Shown: positions 1 to 10,058, counted from the first letter of the stretch. The stretch: 64,000 bases of DNA from Candidatus Enterousia sp. (GCA_045539815.1 JAZQGC010000010.1:27583-91582), one strand, 5' to 3'. Numbers and translations: made by a program. Notes: generated by a model not told the origin, from the sequence alone.

Positions 1-874
1 AACCTTGTTCGTATAATTTTTGTGCGGCACTCATTGTGCGTTTTGATGCAAAGTATAATTTGCGTGCTGCTTCTTGTTGTAATGTTGATGTTGTAAATGG
101 TGCGGCTGGTTTTCTGGTTGTTTTTTTCTTGTCCAGGTTAATAACCGTTGCGCCAACCACAGGTGTACCAATTTTTGATAAAATATTATCAATTTGTACC
201 TTGTTTTCAATTGACATTTTATCAATTTTTTTGCCATCAAATTTATTCAGCATCGCCTTGAAAGACGCGGATTCTGTCGTACACACAGATTCCAACGACC
301 AATATTCAACAGGCTTAAAATCTTCTATTTCTTTTTCGCGGTCAACCACCAATTTTACCGCCACAGATTGCACGCGTCCGGCAGATTTACCCAGGTTTCT
401 GCGCCACAGCAATGGTGATATACCAAACCCAATCAGGTAATCCAATGCGCGTCTGACCAGATATGCATCAACCAAATTTGTATCTATTTCGCGTGGTTCT
501 TCTATTGCTGCCTGGACTGCTTTTTTTGTAATTTCATGAAATGCGACACGATAAACTTTTTTATCTTTTAATAATTTTTTATTTTTTAAAATATCCAGCA
601 AATGCCATGCGATGGCCTCTCCTTCGCGGTCAGGGTCGCTTGCCAGATAAACAGCATCTGCTTTTTTTAATTCATCTGTAATTAATTTAATTTGTTTTTC
701 TTTGCCGGGCATAATTTGCCATTTCATTGCGAAATTATTATTGGTATCAACACTGCCGTTTTCAGGAACTAAATCACGCACATGCCCAACAGATGCGATA
801 ACACGCCACCCATTACCCAGATATTTTTCAATAGTTTTTGCTTTTGATGGTGATTCAACAATTAACAGATTCAT
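1..874 (-). CDS. topA: DNA topoisomerase I, N-terminal portion (gene continues beyond window start)
   Basis: Absent from the ORF track because it runs off the window. My minus-strand translation from ATG 874-872 gives MNLLIVESPSKAKTIEKYLG...VYLASDPDREGEAIAWHL...GRVQSVA (Toprim ESPSKA and DxDxEGE motifs). Confidence 0.9.
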   Translation of the reverse strand, partial: MNLLIVESPSKAKTIEKYLGNGWRVIASVGHVRDLVPENGSVDTNNNFAMKWQIMPGKEKQIKLITDELKKADAVYLASDPDREGEAIAWHLLDILKNKKLLKDKKVYRVAFHEITKKAVQAAIEEPREIDTNLVDAYLVRRALDYLIGFGISPLLWRRNLGKSAGRVQSVAVKLVVDREKEIEDFKPVEYWSLESVCTTESASFKAMLNKFDGKKIDKMSIENKVQIDNILSKIGTPVVGATVINLDKKKTTRKPAAPFTTSTLQQEAARKLYFASKRTMSAAQKLYEQG

Positions 875-878
875 AATT

Positions 879-2027
879 TCAGCTTCCTTTGGCAGATAAT
901 TGTTGGTCTTTGTGAATATATGCATTTTGGCACAAACCAAACCCAAACATCAAGGATAACAAACTGCTGCCGCCAAAAGACATTAATGGCAACGGAACCC
1001 CAACGGTTGGCAATAAACCCAAGACCATGGAGATATTTATAAAATAATAAACAAAAAAGTTCAACATAAAACCAAAACAAATCAGTTGTCCGAATCTGTT
1101 TCTGCATTTTTTTGCAGCCCAGAACAGCATAATTACAATCCAAGTATATATTACTAACAAGCCAAAAGCCCCAATAAATCCCAGTTCTTCGCCCAGCATC
1201 GTAAATATAAAATCAGTTTGTTTTTCTGGCAAGAAAGATTGTTGTGATTGGGACCCTTGCATAAAACCTTGGCCGGTCATTCCGCCACTGCCAAATGCAA
1301 TTTTTGCCTGATTAATTTGATAACCTGCGCCATGAATATCACCATCTGGGTTCAAAAAAGTAATAATTCGTCCGCGTTGATAATCATGCAGCCCCCCAAA
1401 CCATACAACAGGTGCCGCCATTAATCCCAGAATTGCTGCGATAATAAACCATTTTTTATTTGCACCAACAATATAAAAAATCCCCACAGTAATCATACCC
1501 AGTGATAACGCAGTACCTAAATCAGGTTGTGCAACAATCAGCCCAAACGGTATCAGTAATAATAACATTGGTGTCAGATAATTTTTAAATTGTCCCAATT
1601 CCACGGAATTAAACCATGCGAAATAACGGGCCAGTGCCAACACCAGTGCAATTTTAATTAATTCTGATGGTTGTATATGAAAGAATCCCAGATTCAGCCA
1701 TCTTTGTGCGCCCATACCGGTATGTCCAACAAATGTAACCAATACAATCATAATCAGCGCAATTGCATATATTAAATATGCAGATTTAATCCATGTTTTA
1801 ATATTTGTAAATGCCGCGAAAAAGAATACACCAAATCCCAAAATAATTTTGGTTAATTGTGATAATGCATACGGTTTCCAATTTCCGCCACCCGCAGAAT
1901 ACAGCATCAATATAGATATTGCCAACACCATACACATTGGCACAAAAATACCCCACGAAAAACGCCCCAGTTTTTCCGAGAACAGCATCATATTTGCATT
2001 TGAAACGCGTGTTTGTTGTTTTGCCAT
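879..2027 (-). CDS. rodA: SEDS-family peptidoglycan glycosyltransferase RodA
   Basis: 382-aa polytopic membrane protein with FtsW/RodA-like segments (PSELIKI, PEKQTDFIF, GVPLPLMSFGGSS). Lies directly downstream of PBP2. Confidence 0.9.
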   Translation of the reverse strand: MAKQQTRVSNANMMLFSEKLGRFSWGIFVPMCMVLAISILMLYSAGGGNWKPYALSQLTKIILGFGVFFFAAFTNIKTWIKSAYLIYAIALIMIVLVTFVGHTGMGAQRWLNLGFFHIQPSELIKIALVLALARYFAWFNSVELGQFKNYLTPMLLLLIPFGLIVAQPDLGTALSLGMITVGIFYIVGANKKWFIIAAILGLMAAPVVWFGGLHDYQRGRIITFLNPDGDIHGAGYQINQAKIAFGSGGMTGQGFMQGSQSQQSFLPEKQTDFIFTMLGEELGFIGAFGLLVIYTWIVIMLFWAAKKCRNRFGQLICFGFMLNFFVYYFINISMVLGLLPTVGVPLPLMSFGGSSLLSLMFGFGLCQNAYIHKDQQLSAKGS

Positions 2028-2031
2028 ATTT

Positions 2032-3801
2032 TTATTCTTTCAGTAATCCTTGCATAACTTTTGCTGCGGTTTTTGCGGCCGGTCCACTGGAACCAGAATG
2101 TTCTGTGATAACACAAATTGCGTATTTTGGTTTATTTGTTGGTGCGTATCCGACAAACAAACCGTGGTTTCGCATACTCCATTTTAATTGTTCATTGGTC
2201 AGAACACCCTTGGCACGTTCTGCCTTGGAAATACTGCGCACCTGTGAAGTACCAGTTTTTCCCCCCATATATTTTCCATTTACATTTATTGCGCTGCCAC
2301 TGGCGGTACCACCTTTTTTTGTAACCTGTTCCAGTCCATTTAAAACAGCCTTGATATTTTTTTGTTGTAATCCCAGTTTATCAAATTTTGGTTTTTGTTC
2401 ATTTTTTATCAGTCGTGGGATAATGTTTTTATTTGATGCGGTTCGTGCCATCATCACCGCCAATTGCAGGCAATTTGTTAAAATAAATCCCTGGCCGATA
2501 CCGGAAATAATTGTATCGCCATGCAGCCATCGCGCCCCTGTTTTTCGTTCCTTCCAGTATCTGTCTGGCATTATTCCGGCCATTTCGCGCGAAAGTATAT
2601 CATCCATATATTTTTCCGTCAGCCCCAGTTTTTTTGCCATTTCTTTGATTGCGTCGATACCGATACGCAACGCGATTTGATAAAAATAAATATCGCAAGA
2701 ATGTTTTAATGCGCCTGCTAAATCAACATATCCGTGTCCGTGTTCTTCCCAACAGTGGTATCTTCTGTCGCCATAGTCCCAATATCCTGGGCAATATATT
2801 TTTTCAGATGGTGTTATTGCCCCTGCTTCCAGTGCGGCCAACGCGACAACGATTTTAAATGTGGAACCGGGCGGATATAAACCTTCGACAGATTTATTCA
2901 TAAATGGTTTTGCTGTATCGTTTCGCAGGCTGTTTATATATTCATCACCATCATCTTGCGAGAACATATTTGGATCAAAACTGGGGGTTGAAACCATTGC
3001 CAAAATATCACCTGATTCTATATCCAGAACGACCCCGCATCCTGATCGGTGTGCGGTTAACGCGTCGTATAATGTTCGTTGTGCAACATCATTAATTGTT
3101 GTGTTCAGGTTATTTCCAACAACAGATGGAATAAATTGTGATTTATCTTCGCCTGTTACGCGTCCGACGGCGTTTGTAATCATTACTGTTTGTCCGGCTT
3201 TACCCTTCATCAGATTATCGAATTTTTTTTCTAATCCGGTGATACCTGTTGTCAAGAAAGGCGCGTTATGCACAGGTTTATCGGGCGTTCCGACATATCC
3301 AAAAATTTGTGCCCCGGCCGGCCCCAGTTCATACACGCGTGCAAAACCGCTTTCCACATGCAACCCCGCCATGTTTTTTGCCTGTAATTTTGCCAATGTT
3401 TTCCAATCTGTATTTTCACTGACCAGTACGGGTTGGAACTTCATTTGTTTTTTTATTTTTTCGCGAATTCTCTTAACTTTTTTAGGTTTCAGTTTTAAAT
3501 CACTTGTAACTGTTTCAACCAATTCTTCTATATTTTTTGCTTCTTCTGGTATGATATAGATTCTGTATATCGGCATATCACGGGAAATAGGCACACCATT
3601 ACCAGACATTATTTTTCCGCGTTCAGGTGTATTTATCTGAATACGGAAAGAATTCCTTTCACTTTTTTGTTTGTATTCGTGATAGTTAAATAATTGCATC
3701 TGCAACATTCGCACAATTAATACAGATGTTAAAAACGCGCCTGTACCCAAGAATAATGCACTGCGTCTGTCAAATGTTCTGGCCACTTCGGTATCAATCA
3801 T
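2032..3801 (-). CDS. mrdA: penicillin-binding protein 2 (elongasome transpeptidase)
   Basis: 589 aa with an N-terminal TM. Class B PBP motifs STFK (GSTFKIV), SCD and KTGT (GGKTGTSQV). Sits in mreC-mreD-mrdA-rodA order. Confidence 0.9.
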   Translation of the reverse strand: MIDTEVARTFDRRSALFLGTGAFLTSVLIVRMLQMQLFNYHEYKQKSERNSFRIQINTPERGKIMSGNGVPISRDMPIYRIYIIPEEAKNIEELVETVTSDLKLKPKKVKRIREKIKKQMKFQPVLVSENTDWKTLAKLQAKNMAGLHVESGFARVYELGPAGAQIFGYVGTPDKPVHNAPFLTTGITGLEKKFDNLMKGKAGQTVMITNAVGRVTGEDKSQFIPSVVGNNLNTTINDVAQRTLYDALTAHRSGCGVVLDIESGDILAMVSTPSFDPNMFSQDDGDEYINSLRNDTAKPFMNKSVEGLYPPGSTFKIVVALAALEAGAITPSEKIYCPGYWDYGDRRYHCWEEHGHGYVDLAGALKHSCDIYFYQIALRIGIDAIKEMAKKLGLTEKYMDDILSREMAGIMPDRYWKERKTGARWLHGDTIISGIGQGFILTNCLQLAVMMARTASNKNIIPRLIKNEQKPKFDKLGLQQKNIKAVLNGLEQVTKKGGTASGSAINVNGKYMGGKTGTSQVRSISKAERAKGVLTNEQLKWSMRNHGLFVGYAPTNKPKYAICVITEHSGSSGPAAKTAAKVMQGLLKE

Positions 3802-4250
3802 TTATAAATCCTTTTGATTAATGCCGTTGTTGGCAGATACATTGCGCACAATACCAAGAACAACCATGCGCCACGAAATAAATTCAATAATGTAAAATCT
3901 GAAAACACTTGGATTAGTATCGCGCCACCAATGAAGACAGAAAACGAGAAAATACCATCCATATCCAATCGTGTTAAATCGATAATATTTTGAAAACCGT
4001 TAATTGCATAAAACAGGCAATACATCGCCACCCAAAAACAAACTGTTTCAAATTTATAATCTATGACAAAACACATCAATATTGAAAACACAGGAAACCA
4101 ATTAACAGGTTTTACAAAAGAACAAAAGAATATTGGAATCAGTGCCAATATTCCACCGGGATTCCAAAAAGGTACAGATAAACGCCACAATCCCACCGTC
4201 AACAAGAACGGAAAAGCAATTCGCAGAAAGAATATAATTTTGTTCTTCAT
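3798..4250 (-). CDS. mreD: rod shape-determining protein MreD (by position and hydrophobicity)
   Basis: 150-aa all-hydrophobic multi-TM protein between mreC and mrdA, with 4-nt overlaps on both sides. Confidence 0.6.
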   Translation of the reverse strand: MKNKIIFFLRIAFPFLLTVGLWRLSVPFWNPGGILALIPIFFCSFVKPVNWFPVFSILMCFVIDYKFETVCFWVAMYCLFYAINGFQNIIDLTRLDMDGIFSFSVFIGGAILIQVFSDFTLLNLFRGAWLFLVLCAMYLPTTALIKRIYK

Positions 4251-5071
4251 TTATATTTATTTTGTTGTGCGTCGAATTTTAAAACCATCACACGCGACAG
4301 TTTTGATATTGGTGTTATTTTTACATCTGTATCATCAATCATTTCGCCCACAATCAGTCCTGCGGGCAGAATACCAGAAATATTACTGGTAACCAATTTT
4401 ATTCCCGCAGACGGTTGAAATTCAGGGTCACTGAAAAATCCCATTGTTGGTGTATCAGAACCATTGCCTGTCATAAAACCATATACTTCGGATCCGACAA
4501 CACGCACAGCAATATTTGTATCTGAATCAGTCAATGCCCGTACGCGTGCAAAATCGGATGCCACATCAATCACCATCCCAACCAATACCATATCAGTACT
4601 GGTAACAACCATCCCTTGTTCAATACCGTTTTTTATACCACGGTTAATAATAAAAGTCTTGTGTCCCAATACGCTGTTGTCGTGAATAATATCTGCGATA
4701 ATAATATCTTGTGGTTTTGATTTTATTAAATCCAGTTCTTGGGCCAGTTTTTGATTTTCTTTGATTGCGATATCACACGCGTATTTATTTACCAATGCCT
4801 CGTCTAATCTGGCGCGTAATTCTTCGTTTTCTGTGCGCAGGCTGGATATTTCTGAAATATTATCAATTGCGCTGCCAACGGCACGAATTGGCCAGGTAAC
4901 GACATCCCCGACCCATTGTGCGACGGGCACCACAACATGGGATAAAGCGTTCATAATTCTGTAATCTGGTTTTGCAATCATTATATATATGAACAGTACG
5001 GGTAAAACCGCGGCAGCGGCGGCAGCCTTGATAATTTTATGTATTTTGGAAGATGGTTTTGTCTGGCTCAT
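4247..5071 (-). CDS. mreC: rod shape-determining protein MreC
   Basis: 274 aa: N-terminal TM, coiled coil (LRTENEELRARLDEAL), then a beta-rich C-terminal domain. Synteny with mreD-mrdA. Confidence 0.8.
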   Translation of the reverse strand: MSQTKPSSKIHKIIKAAAAAAVLPVLFIYIMIAKPDYRIMNALSHVVVPVAQWVGDVVTWPIRAVGSAIDNISEISSLRTENEELRARLDEALVNKYACDIAIKENQKLAQELDLIKSKPQDIIIADIIHDNSVLGHKTFIINRGIKNGIEQGMVVTSTDMVLVGMVIDVASDFARVRALTDSDTNIAVRVVGSEVYGFMTGNGSDTPTMGFFSDPEFQPSAGIKLVTSNISGILPAGLIVGEMIDDTDVKITPISKLSRVMVLKFDAQQNKYK

Positions 5072-5212
5072 GTCAAACCACTTTAATCTGAAAAAAACGG
5101 ATATTCAATAAAAACTTGATTTTTCTGTTATTTATGTCAGAATTAACATCAGTCAAAGTGGCAAGGCATTGCCATCAGGCTATAAAAATACCTAGAAACA
5201 AGAGGATATAAA

Positions 5213-5416
5213 ATGCCAAAATTAAAAACAAAGTCGTACTTGAAAAAGCGTGCGTCTATGACTGCAACTGGTAAAATCCGTGTTGCACGTAACTCTCACA
5301 AGAAGCTGTTGCGTAAAAAATCTGCCCGTGCAAACAAGGCAGGTGCAAAACCACAGTACTTAAACGATAACATGGTTGGACAGGCAAAAATCCTGGCCCC
5401 ATATGGTTTGAAATAA
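5213..5416 (+). CDS. rpmI: 50S ribosomal protein L35
   Basis: MPKLKTKSYLKKR..., a 67-aa basic protein upstream of rplT. AGAGGA Shine-Dalgarno sequence upstream. Confidence 0.9.
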   Translation: MPKLKTKSYLKKRASMTATGKIRVARNSHKKLLRKKSARANKAGAKPQYLNDNMVGQAKILAPYGLK

Positions 5417-5434
5417 GCAAGGGGGTAACAGGTC

Positions 5435-5803
5435 ATGGCAAGAGTAAAACGCGGAACAACCGTTAAACAAAAACATAACAAGATTTTGGCGCGCGCCAAA
5501 GGTTATTTGGGCCGTCATCACTCAACATATCGCGCAGCACGTGAAAAAACAGAAAAAGCAGGACAGTACGCATATCGCGACAGACGCGTTAAAAAACGTG
5601 AATTTCGTTCATTGTGGATTGTTCGTATCAATGCTGCTGTACGCGCAAATGGTATGACATACAGCCAATTCATGAATGGTTTAAAGAAAGCAGGCGTTGC
5701 ACTGGACCGCAAGGTTCTGGCCGAAATGGCATATGCAGGCGATGCAAATTTTGCCACATTGGTTGAAACAGCAAAACGATTTATTTCTGCCGAAGCTAAA
5801 TAA
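5435..5803 (+). CDS. rplT: 50S ribosomal protein L20
   Basis: [18 protein letters not shown]...[22 protein letters not shown] is the typical L20 sequence. Confidence 0.95.
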   Translation: MARVKRGTTVKQKHNKILARAKGYLGRHHSTYRAAREKTEKAGQYAYRDRRVKKREFRSLWIVRINAAVRANGMTYSQFMNGLKKAGVALDRKVLAEMAYAGDANFATLVETAKRFISAEAK

Positions 5804-5837
5804 TACCTTGTCGGCAGGTATATGTTTTGTAATAATG

Positions 5838-5870
5838 AAAGCCGACAATTGACGGCTTTTGTTCTTTTAA
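5838..5870 (+). terminator. intrinsic terminator / attenuator hairpin between rplT and pheS
   Basis: AAAGCCG-ACAATTGA-CGGCTTT followed by TTGTTCTTTT. Its 5' arm (GCCGACAA, 5841-5848) is also perfectly complementary to TTGTCGGC at 5808-5815. Confidence 0.55.
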
Positions 5871-5891
5871 GTTATATGTAAGGTAAAAGTT

Positions 5892-6839
5892 ATGCAAGAA
5901 AAAATAAAAAATATAAATACACTGGAAGAATTGCAGGTCTTGTACACCGCAACATTTGGAAAAAATGGCACAATGACCGCGCGTTTAAAAGAAATGAAAA
6001 ATCTGGATAATGATGCGCGTGCAGCATTAAATCTGGAAAATCAAACATTGCGTGAATTGTTTAAAATGCGTCAGACAGAAATTGAAAACGCGGTATTGAT
6101 GGCTGGATTACAGAAACAAAAATTGGATGTATCGTTAAATCCAATGCCTGAAAATCGTGGTACATTACATCCATTGACACAAAGTTTATCTGAAATTGCA
6201 GCAATTCTGGAATCGTTTGGTTACAAAATGTACACCGGTCCAGAAATCGAAGATGATTGGCATAACTTTACCGCATTGAATACACCGATGCATCATCCGG
6301 CCCGTGACATGCAAGACAGTTTCTTCTTGGAAAACGGCAATGTTTTGCGTACCCAAACATCTGCGATTCAAATTCGTGCGATGGAACGTGATGGTGTTCC
6401 GATTAAAATGTTTGGTGTTGGATCTACTTATCGCAAAGAAATGGATGCAACACACAGTCCTATGTTTGGTCAAATCGAAGGTTTATATGTTGATAAAAAT
6501 GTTACTATGTCCGATTTATTGGCAGATGTTCGTGCATTTTTATCAAAATTCTTTGGCATTGAAAACATAGAATTGCGTATTCGTCCATCTTATTTCCCAT
6601 TTACAGACCCCAGCATTGAAATTGATATGAAGTGGAAAAATGATAAATGGTTGGAATTGATGGGTGCGGGTATGGTTCATCCAAATGTATTGCGTAATTG
6701 CGGTATAAATCCTGATGAATACCAAGGTTTTGCATTTGGCTTTGGTTGGGACAGATTGGCAATGTTAAAGTATGGATTGAACGATATTCGCCAGTTCTAT
6801 GATAATGATGTTCGTTGGTTACGCAGCGCAGGATTTTAA
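5892..6839 (+). CDS. pheS: phenylalanine--tRNA ligase alpha subunit
   Basis: 315 aa with class II aaRS core motifs (HPARDMQDSFF, RTQTSAIQIR, GAGMVHPNVL...GFAFGFGWDRLAM). Followed by pheT. Confidence 0.95.
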   Translation: MQEKIKNINTLEELQVLYTATFGKNGTMTARLKEMKNLDNDARAALNLENQTLRELFKMRQTEIENAVLMAGLQKQKLDVSLNPMPENRGTLHPLTQSLSEIAAILESFGYKMYTGPEIEDDWHNFTALNTPMHHPARDMQDSFFLENGNVLRTQTSAIQIRAMERDGVPIKMFGVGSTYRKEMDATHSPMFGQIEGLYVDKNVTMSDLLADVRAFLSKFFGIENIELRIRPSYFPFTDPSIEIDMKWKNDKWLELMGAGMVHPNVLRNCGINPDEYQGFAFGFGWDRLAMLKYGLNDIRQFYDNDVRWLRSAGF

Positions 6840-6854
6840 TACGGGGGTACAGTT

Positions 6855-9158
6855 ATGAAATGGACACTTGATTGGTTACAAGAATATTTAAAAACAGATG
6901 CGTCTGCACAGGATATATCTGACACATTAACGCGTATCGGATTGGAAATCGAAGATATGCAGTCTCCGATATCGCCGATTGCTGCAAAAATCGTTGAATG
7001 TCGGGCGCATGAAAACAGCGACCATTTACATGTTTTACAGGTTGACGATGGGGCTTCGACCCTGCGTCAGATTGTCTGTGGCGCACCAAATGTACGCGTG
7101 GGCCTGGTATCTGCGCTGGCGACGCCTGGGTGTGTAATTGGTGGACATGAAATTCAGTCTGGTAAATTGCGTGGCGTTTTATCAGATGGTATGATGTGTT
7201 CTGGCAAAGAACTGGGTATAAACGATGACCACAGTGGAATTATCGAATTGCCAAGTGATACAGTTGTTGGAACACCCGTACTTGAAACAAAAACAGTGTT
7301 TGACGCGGGTATTACCCCAAACAGACCAGACTATTTGTCTGTACGCGGTATTGCGCGTGATTTGTCTGCGGCGGGTATTGGCGAATATATTGCACCAAAC
7401 GACACACCGTTCAACAGTGTTTCTGGAAATCGTCAGGTTATATTAAAAACAGATAAATGCCGTGCATATAAATTCATTGAAATACATGACATTACCGTTA
7501 ACCCCAGTGATAAAAAAATTGCATCAAGACTTGCTGCGATTGGTATAAATCCGAAAAATGCGCCGGTTGATGCAACAAACTATATCTGTTATGACATGGC
7601 GCAGCCAATGCATTGTTTTGACGCAGACGAAATCAATGGTGATATTACCGTGCGTCAGGCACAGAACGGTGAAAAATTTACAGACTTGTTCGGCAACGAA
7701 CACGAATTGTTGGATACAGATGTTGTTATTGCAGACGCGTCCGGTATTTTGGCACTGGCGGGTGTAATCGGTGGCGCGCGCGGTTCAACAACAGAAAATA
7801 CAAAAAACATAATATTGGAATCTGCGTACTTTGATGCGGTATCTGTTCGTAAATCTGCGAAAAGATTGGGTATATCAACAGACGCATCTTATCGGTATGA
7901 ACGCGGTATTGATCCAACAATAACGGGTGTGGCGGCACAGTATGCGGCTGATATTATTATGTCTGCATGTGGTGGTAATATTGTTTGTGCGGTTGCGGCG
8001 GGTTCAGACACACCAACAAATATTGCAATAGAATATACACCTGATTATTTTGTAAAGAAAACAGGCGTTGAAATGTCTTGTGATACCCAGCGTGATATAT
8101 TGATTAAGTTGGGATATGTTGTTGATGACTCATCAGAAACATGGATTGTAACACCACCTTCTTTGCGTGTGGATGTTTCTATCCCAGAAACGATTGTGGC
8201 GGATTTATTGCGTATACATGGTTATGATAAAATTGCAACTGCCAAGAATCATACATATGGCGAAGTATCAGGTCATGATATGTTTGAAACAAATATCAAA
8301 ACATTACTGGCGTCACGCGGATTAAACGAATGTCGTTCGTTTGGTTTTGGAAACAGTCAAATTGAAAAGATATTGTCTGACAGGCCAATAATACCGGTTT
8401 CAAATCCGATTACCGCAGACTATGACACAATGCGAAATAGTTTGTTGTTTGGTTTATTGTATGCGGTTACGAATAATGAAAAGCGCGGTTACCCAGATTT
8501 AAATTTATTTGAACTAGGTACAGTGTTTGATGGTGATATGCCATGTCAGCAACATACACAAATCGCGATTGTTCGCACGGGCAGCAATTCACCAAAACAT
8601 TGGACCGGCCGCAGTCGTGATGTTGATATATATGATATCAAGGCTGATTTAATCGCATTAATGCAGGGGCAACGATTCACTGTTTCAACGGAAAATGCAC
8701 CATTATGGGCACATCCTTACAGATATGGCGCATTGTACCAAGGTAAAAAGAAAATCGCAGAATTTGGTGAATTACATCCATCTGTTGCCAAGAAGTTGCG
8801 TATAAAAACAAATGTTGTTATCGCAATTGTCGAAGATATTCAAAATCTGCCTGCAAAACGCGGTGGAAAATCGCCTGTGTTATCAGAATTTCAACCAATA
8901 ACACGTGATTTTGCGTTTATTGTTGATGTTGATACACCATCAGAAAAATTAACATCTGTCGCACAAAGCGCAGACAGTCGTATAACAAATGTAATTGTTT
9001 TTGATTCATTTGATATGAACGATGGCAAAAAGTCTATTGCGTTTACAATAACGATTCAACCAACAGACAACATGTCAGATTCAGATTTACAACAAATCCA
9101 ATCTGTGGTAATTGCGTCTGTTGAAAAGAAATGTAATGCAACGATTCGCGATAAATAA
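6855..9158 (+). CDS. pheT: phenylalanine--tRNA ligase beta subunit
   Basis: 767 aa with an N-terminal tRNA-binding (Trbp111/EMAP-like) domain (HLHVLQVDDG...IVCGAPNVRVG), B3/4, B5 and a C-terminal FDX-ACB-like end. Confidence 0.95.
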   Translation: MKWTLDWLQEYLKTDASAQDISDTLTRIGLEIEDMQSPISPIAAKIVECRAHENSDHLHVLQVDDGASTLRQIVCGAPNVRVGLVSALATPGCVIGGHEIQSGKLRGVLSDGMMCSGKELGINDDHSGIIELPSDTVVGTPVLETKTVFDAGITPNRPDYLSVRGIARDLSAAGIGEYIAPNDTPFNSVSGNRQVILKTDKCRAYKFIEIHDITVNPSDKKIASRLAAIGINPKNAPVDATNYICYDMAQPMHCFDADEINGDITVRQAQNGEKFTDLFGNEHELLDTDVVIADASGILALAGVIGGARGSTTENTKNIILESAYFDAVSVRKSAKRLGISTDASYRYERGIDPTITGVAAQYAADIIMSACGGNIVCAVAAGSDTPTNIAIEYTPDYFVKKTGVEMSCDTQRDILIKLGYVVDDSSETWIVTPPSLRVDVSIPETIVADLLRIHGYDKIATAKNHTYGEVSGHDMFETNIKTLLASRGLNECRSFGFGNSQIEKILSDRPIIPVSNPITADYDTMRNSLLFGLLYAVTNNEKRGYPDLNLFELGTVFDGDMPCQQHTQIAIVRTGSNSPKHWTGRSRDVDIYDIKADLIALMQGQRFTVSTENAPLWAHPYRYGALYQGKKKIAEFGELHPSVAKKLRIKTNVVIAIVEDIQNLPAKRGGKSPVLSEFQPITRDFAFIVDVDTPSEKLTSVAQSADSRITNVIVFDSFDMNDGKKSIAFTITIQPTDNMSDSDLQQIQSVVIASVEKKCNATIRDK

Positions 9159-9164
9159 AAATGT

Positions 9165-9198
9165 TCAAAAAAGGCCGGTAAACACCGGCTTTTTTTTT
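9165..9198. terminator. bidirectional intrinsic terminator (pheT / nth convergent)
   Basis: A-tract, then GCCGGT-AAAC-ACCGGC, then T9. Confidence 0.7.
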
Positions 9199-9199
9199 G

Positions 9200-9856
9200 T
9201 TATTTTTTATTGGCGTTACACCATTTTGCAACGGGGCATTTTTCACATGCTGGACGCAGGGCCTTGCAAAAATACCGGCCATGCAACACCATCACATGAT
9301 TTACAATCGGGTGATATTTTTTTGGGATTTTTTTTATCAGTTTTGCTTCGACTTTTTCGGGTGTATTATCAGATTCATCGACCCAACCATATCGATGCGC
9401 ATTTCTGAAAACATGTGTATCGACACCGATGTTTGGCGCGCCCCATAAAACATTAGAAACAACATTTGCGGTCTTTTGTCCAATACCTGGCAATTTCATT
9501 AATTCATCACGATTATGATATTTTTCTGGGAATTTATCGGTCATATTTTCTGTCACCAGCCGTTCGGCCAATGCGATAATATTTTTTGCCTTGTTATTAA
9601 AGAACGAAATTACTTTGATATGTTCTTTCAGCCCATCGGTTCCCAATTTCAACATTTTTTGTGGTGTTGGGGCCACGCGAAATAATTCGGGCGTTACCTC
9701 GTTTACTTTTTTATCTGTTGCCTGGGCAGATAAAATGACCGCCACCGCAAAGTTAAATTCGTTTGTGTGATACAGTTCCGACCGAATTGACATATCAATT
9801 ACGGCCGGAACATTTCCAAAATACCTTTGCGGTGTCAGCGACATTTTATCTAGCAT
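9200..9856 (-). CDS. nth: endonuclease III
   Basis: 218 aa with the HhH-GPD motif (LPGIGQKTANVV) and a C-terminal 4Fe-4S cluster loop (CKALRPACEKCPVAKWC). Confidence 0.9.
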   Translation of the reverse strand: MLDKMSLTPQRYFGNVPAVIDMSIRSELYHTNEFNFAVAVILSAQATDKKVNEVTPELFRVAPTPQKMLKLGTDGLKEHIKVISFFNNKAKNIIALAERLVTENMTDKFPEKYHNRDELMKLPGIGQKTANVVSNVLWGAPNIGVDTHVFRNAHRYGWVDESDNTPEKVEAKLIKKIPKKYHPIVNHVMVLHGRYFCKALRPACEKCPVAKWCNANKK

Positions 9857-10055
9857 TGTCCTTTTTAAGCAGTAGTTTATTTTGCTTGTCTATAACTGCA
9901 TGCATAAATTTAATCTGTGCTTCTGTCATCGGATCCGATACAAGAATTTTGTGTTCACATTGTTCGTCTGGGCACATGCACATACCGTGTTGTGATTGCT
10001 GCGAGCAGCGTTCAGAGAAATTACTGCAATATGTTTTTGTTTTTAAGCAAATCAT
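9846..10055 (-). CDS. small Cys-rich hypothetical protein (69 aa)
   Basis: ORF wedged between the ileS stop (3 nt spacer) and the nth start (11-nt overlap). Has 6 Cys in the first 33 aa (C3, C10, C17, C26, C28, C33). No family recognised. Confidence 0.35.
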   Translation of the reverse strand: MICLKTKTYCSNFSERCSQQSQHGMCMCPDEQCEHKILVSDPMTEAQIKFMHAVIDKQNKLLLKKDNAR

Positions 10056-10058
10056 TTT

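Noticed and set aside
1919-3559. Long plus-strand ORFs (1919-2680, 2861-3559) antisense to rodA and mrdA. Similar cases are 28128-28847 antisense to parB/parA, 55613-56434 antisense to pnp, 58959-59474 antisense to lptD, 9763-10458 antisense to nth/ileS, and many shorter ones.
   Set aside because: They lie entirely within strongly supported genes on the opposite strand and have low-complexity or odd composition with no motifs. They are typical shadow ORFs.
5822-5881. Mini-ORF MFCNNESRQLTAFVLLSYM between rplT and pheS, considered as a pheM-like Phe leader peptide.
   Set aside because: It has only 2 Phe in 19 codons, reads straight through the terminator hairpin, and has no obvious promoter or Shine-Dalgarno sequence. 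It is not convincing as a Phe-sensing leader.
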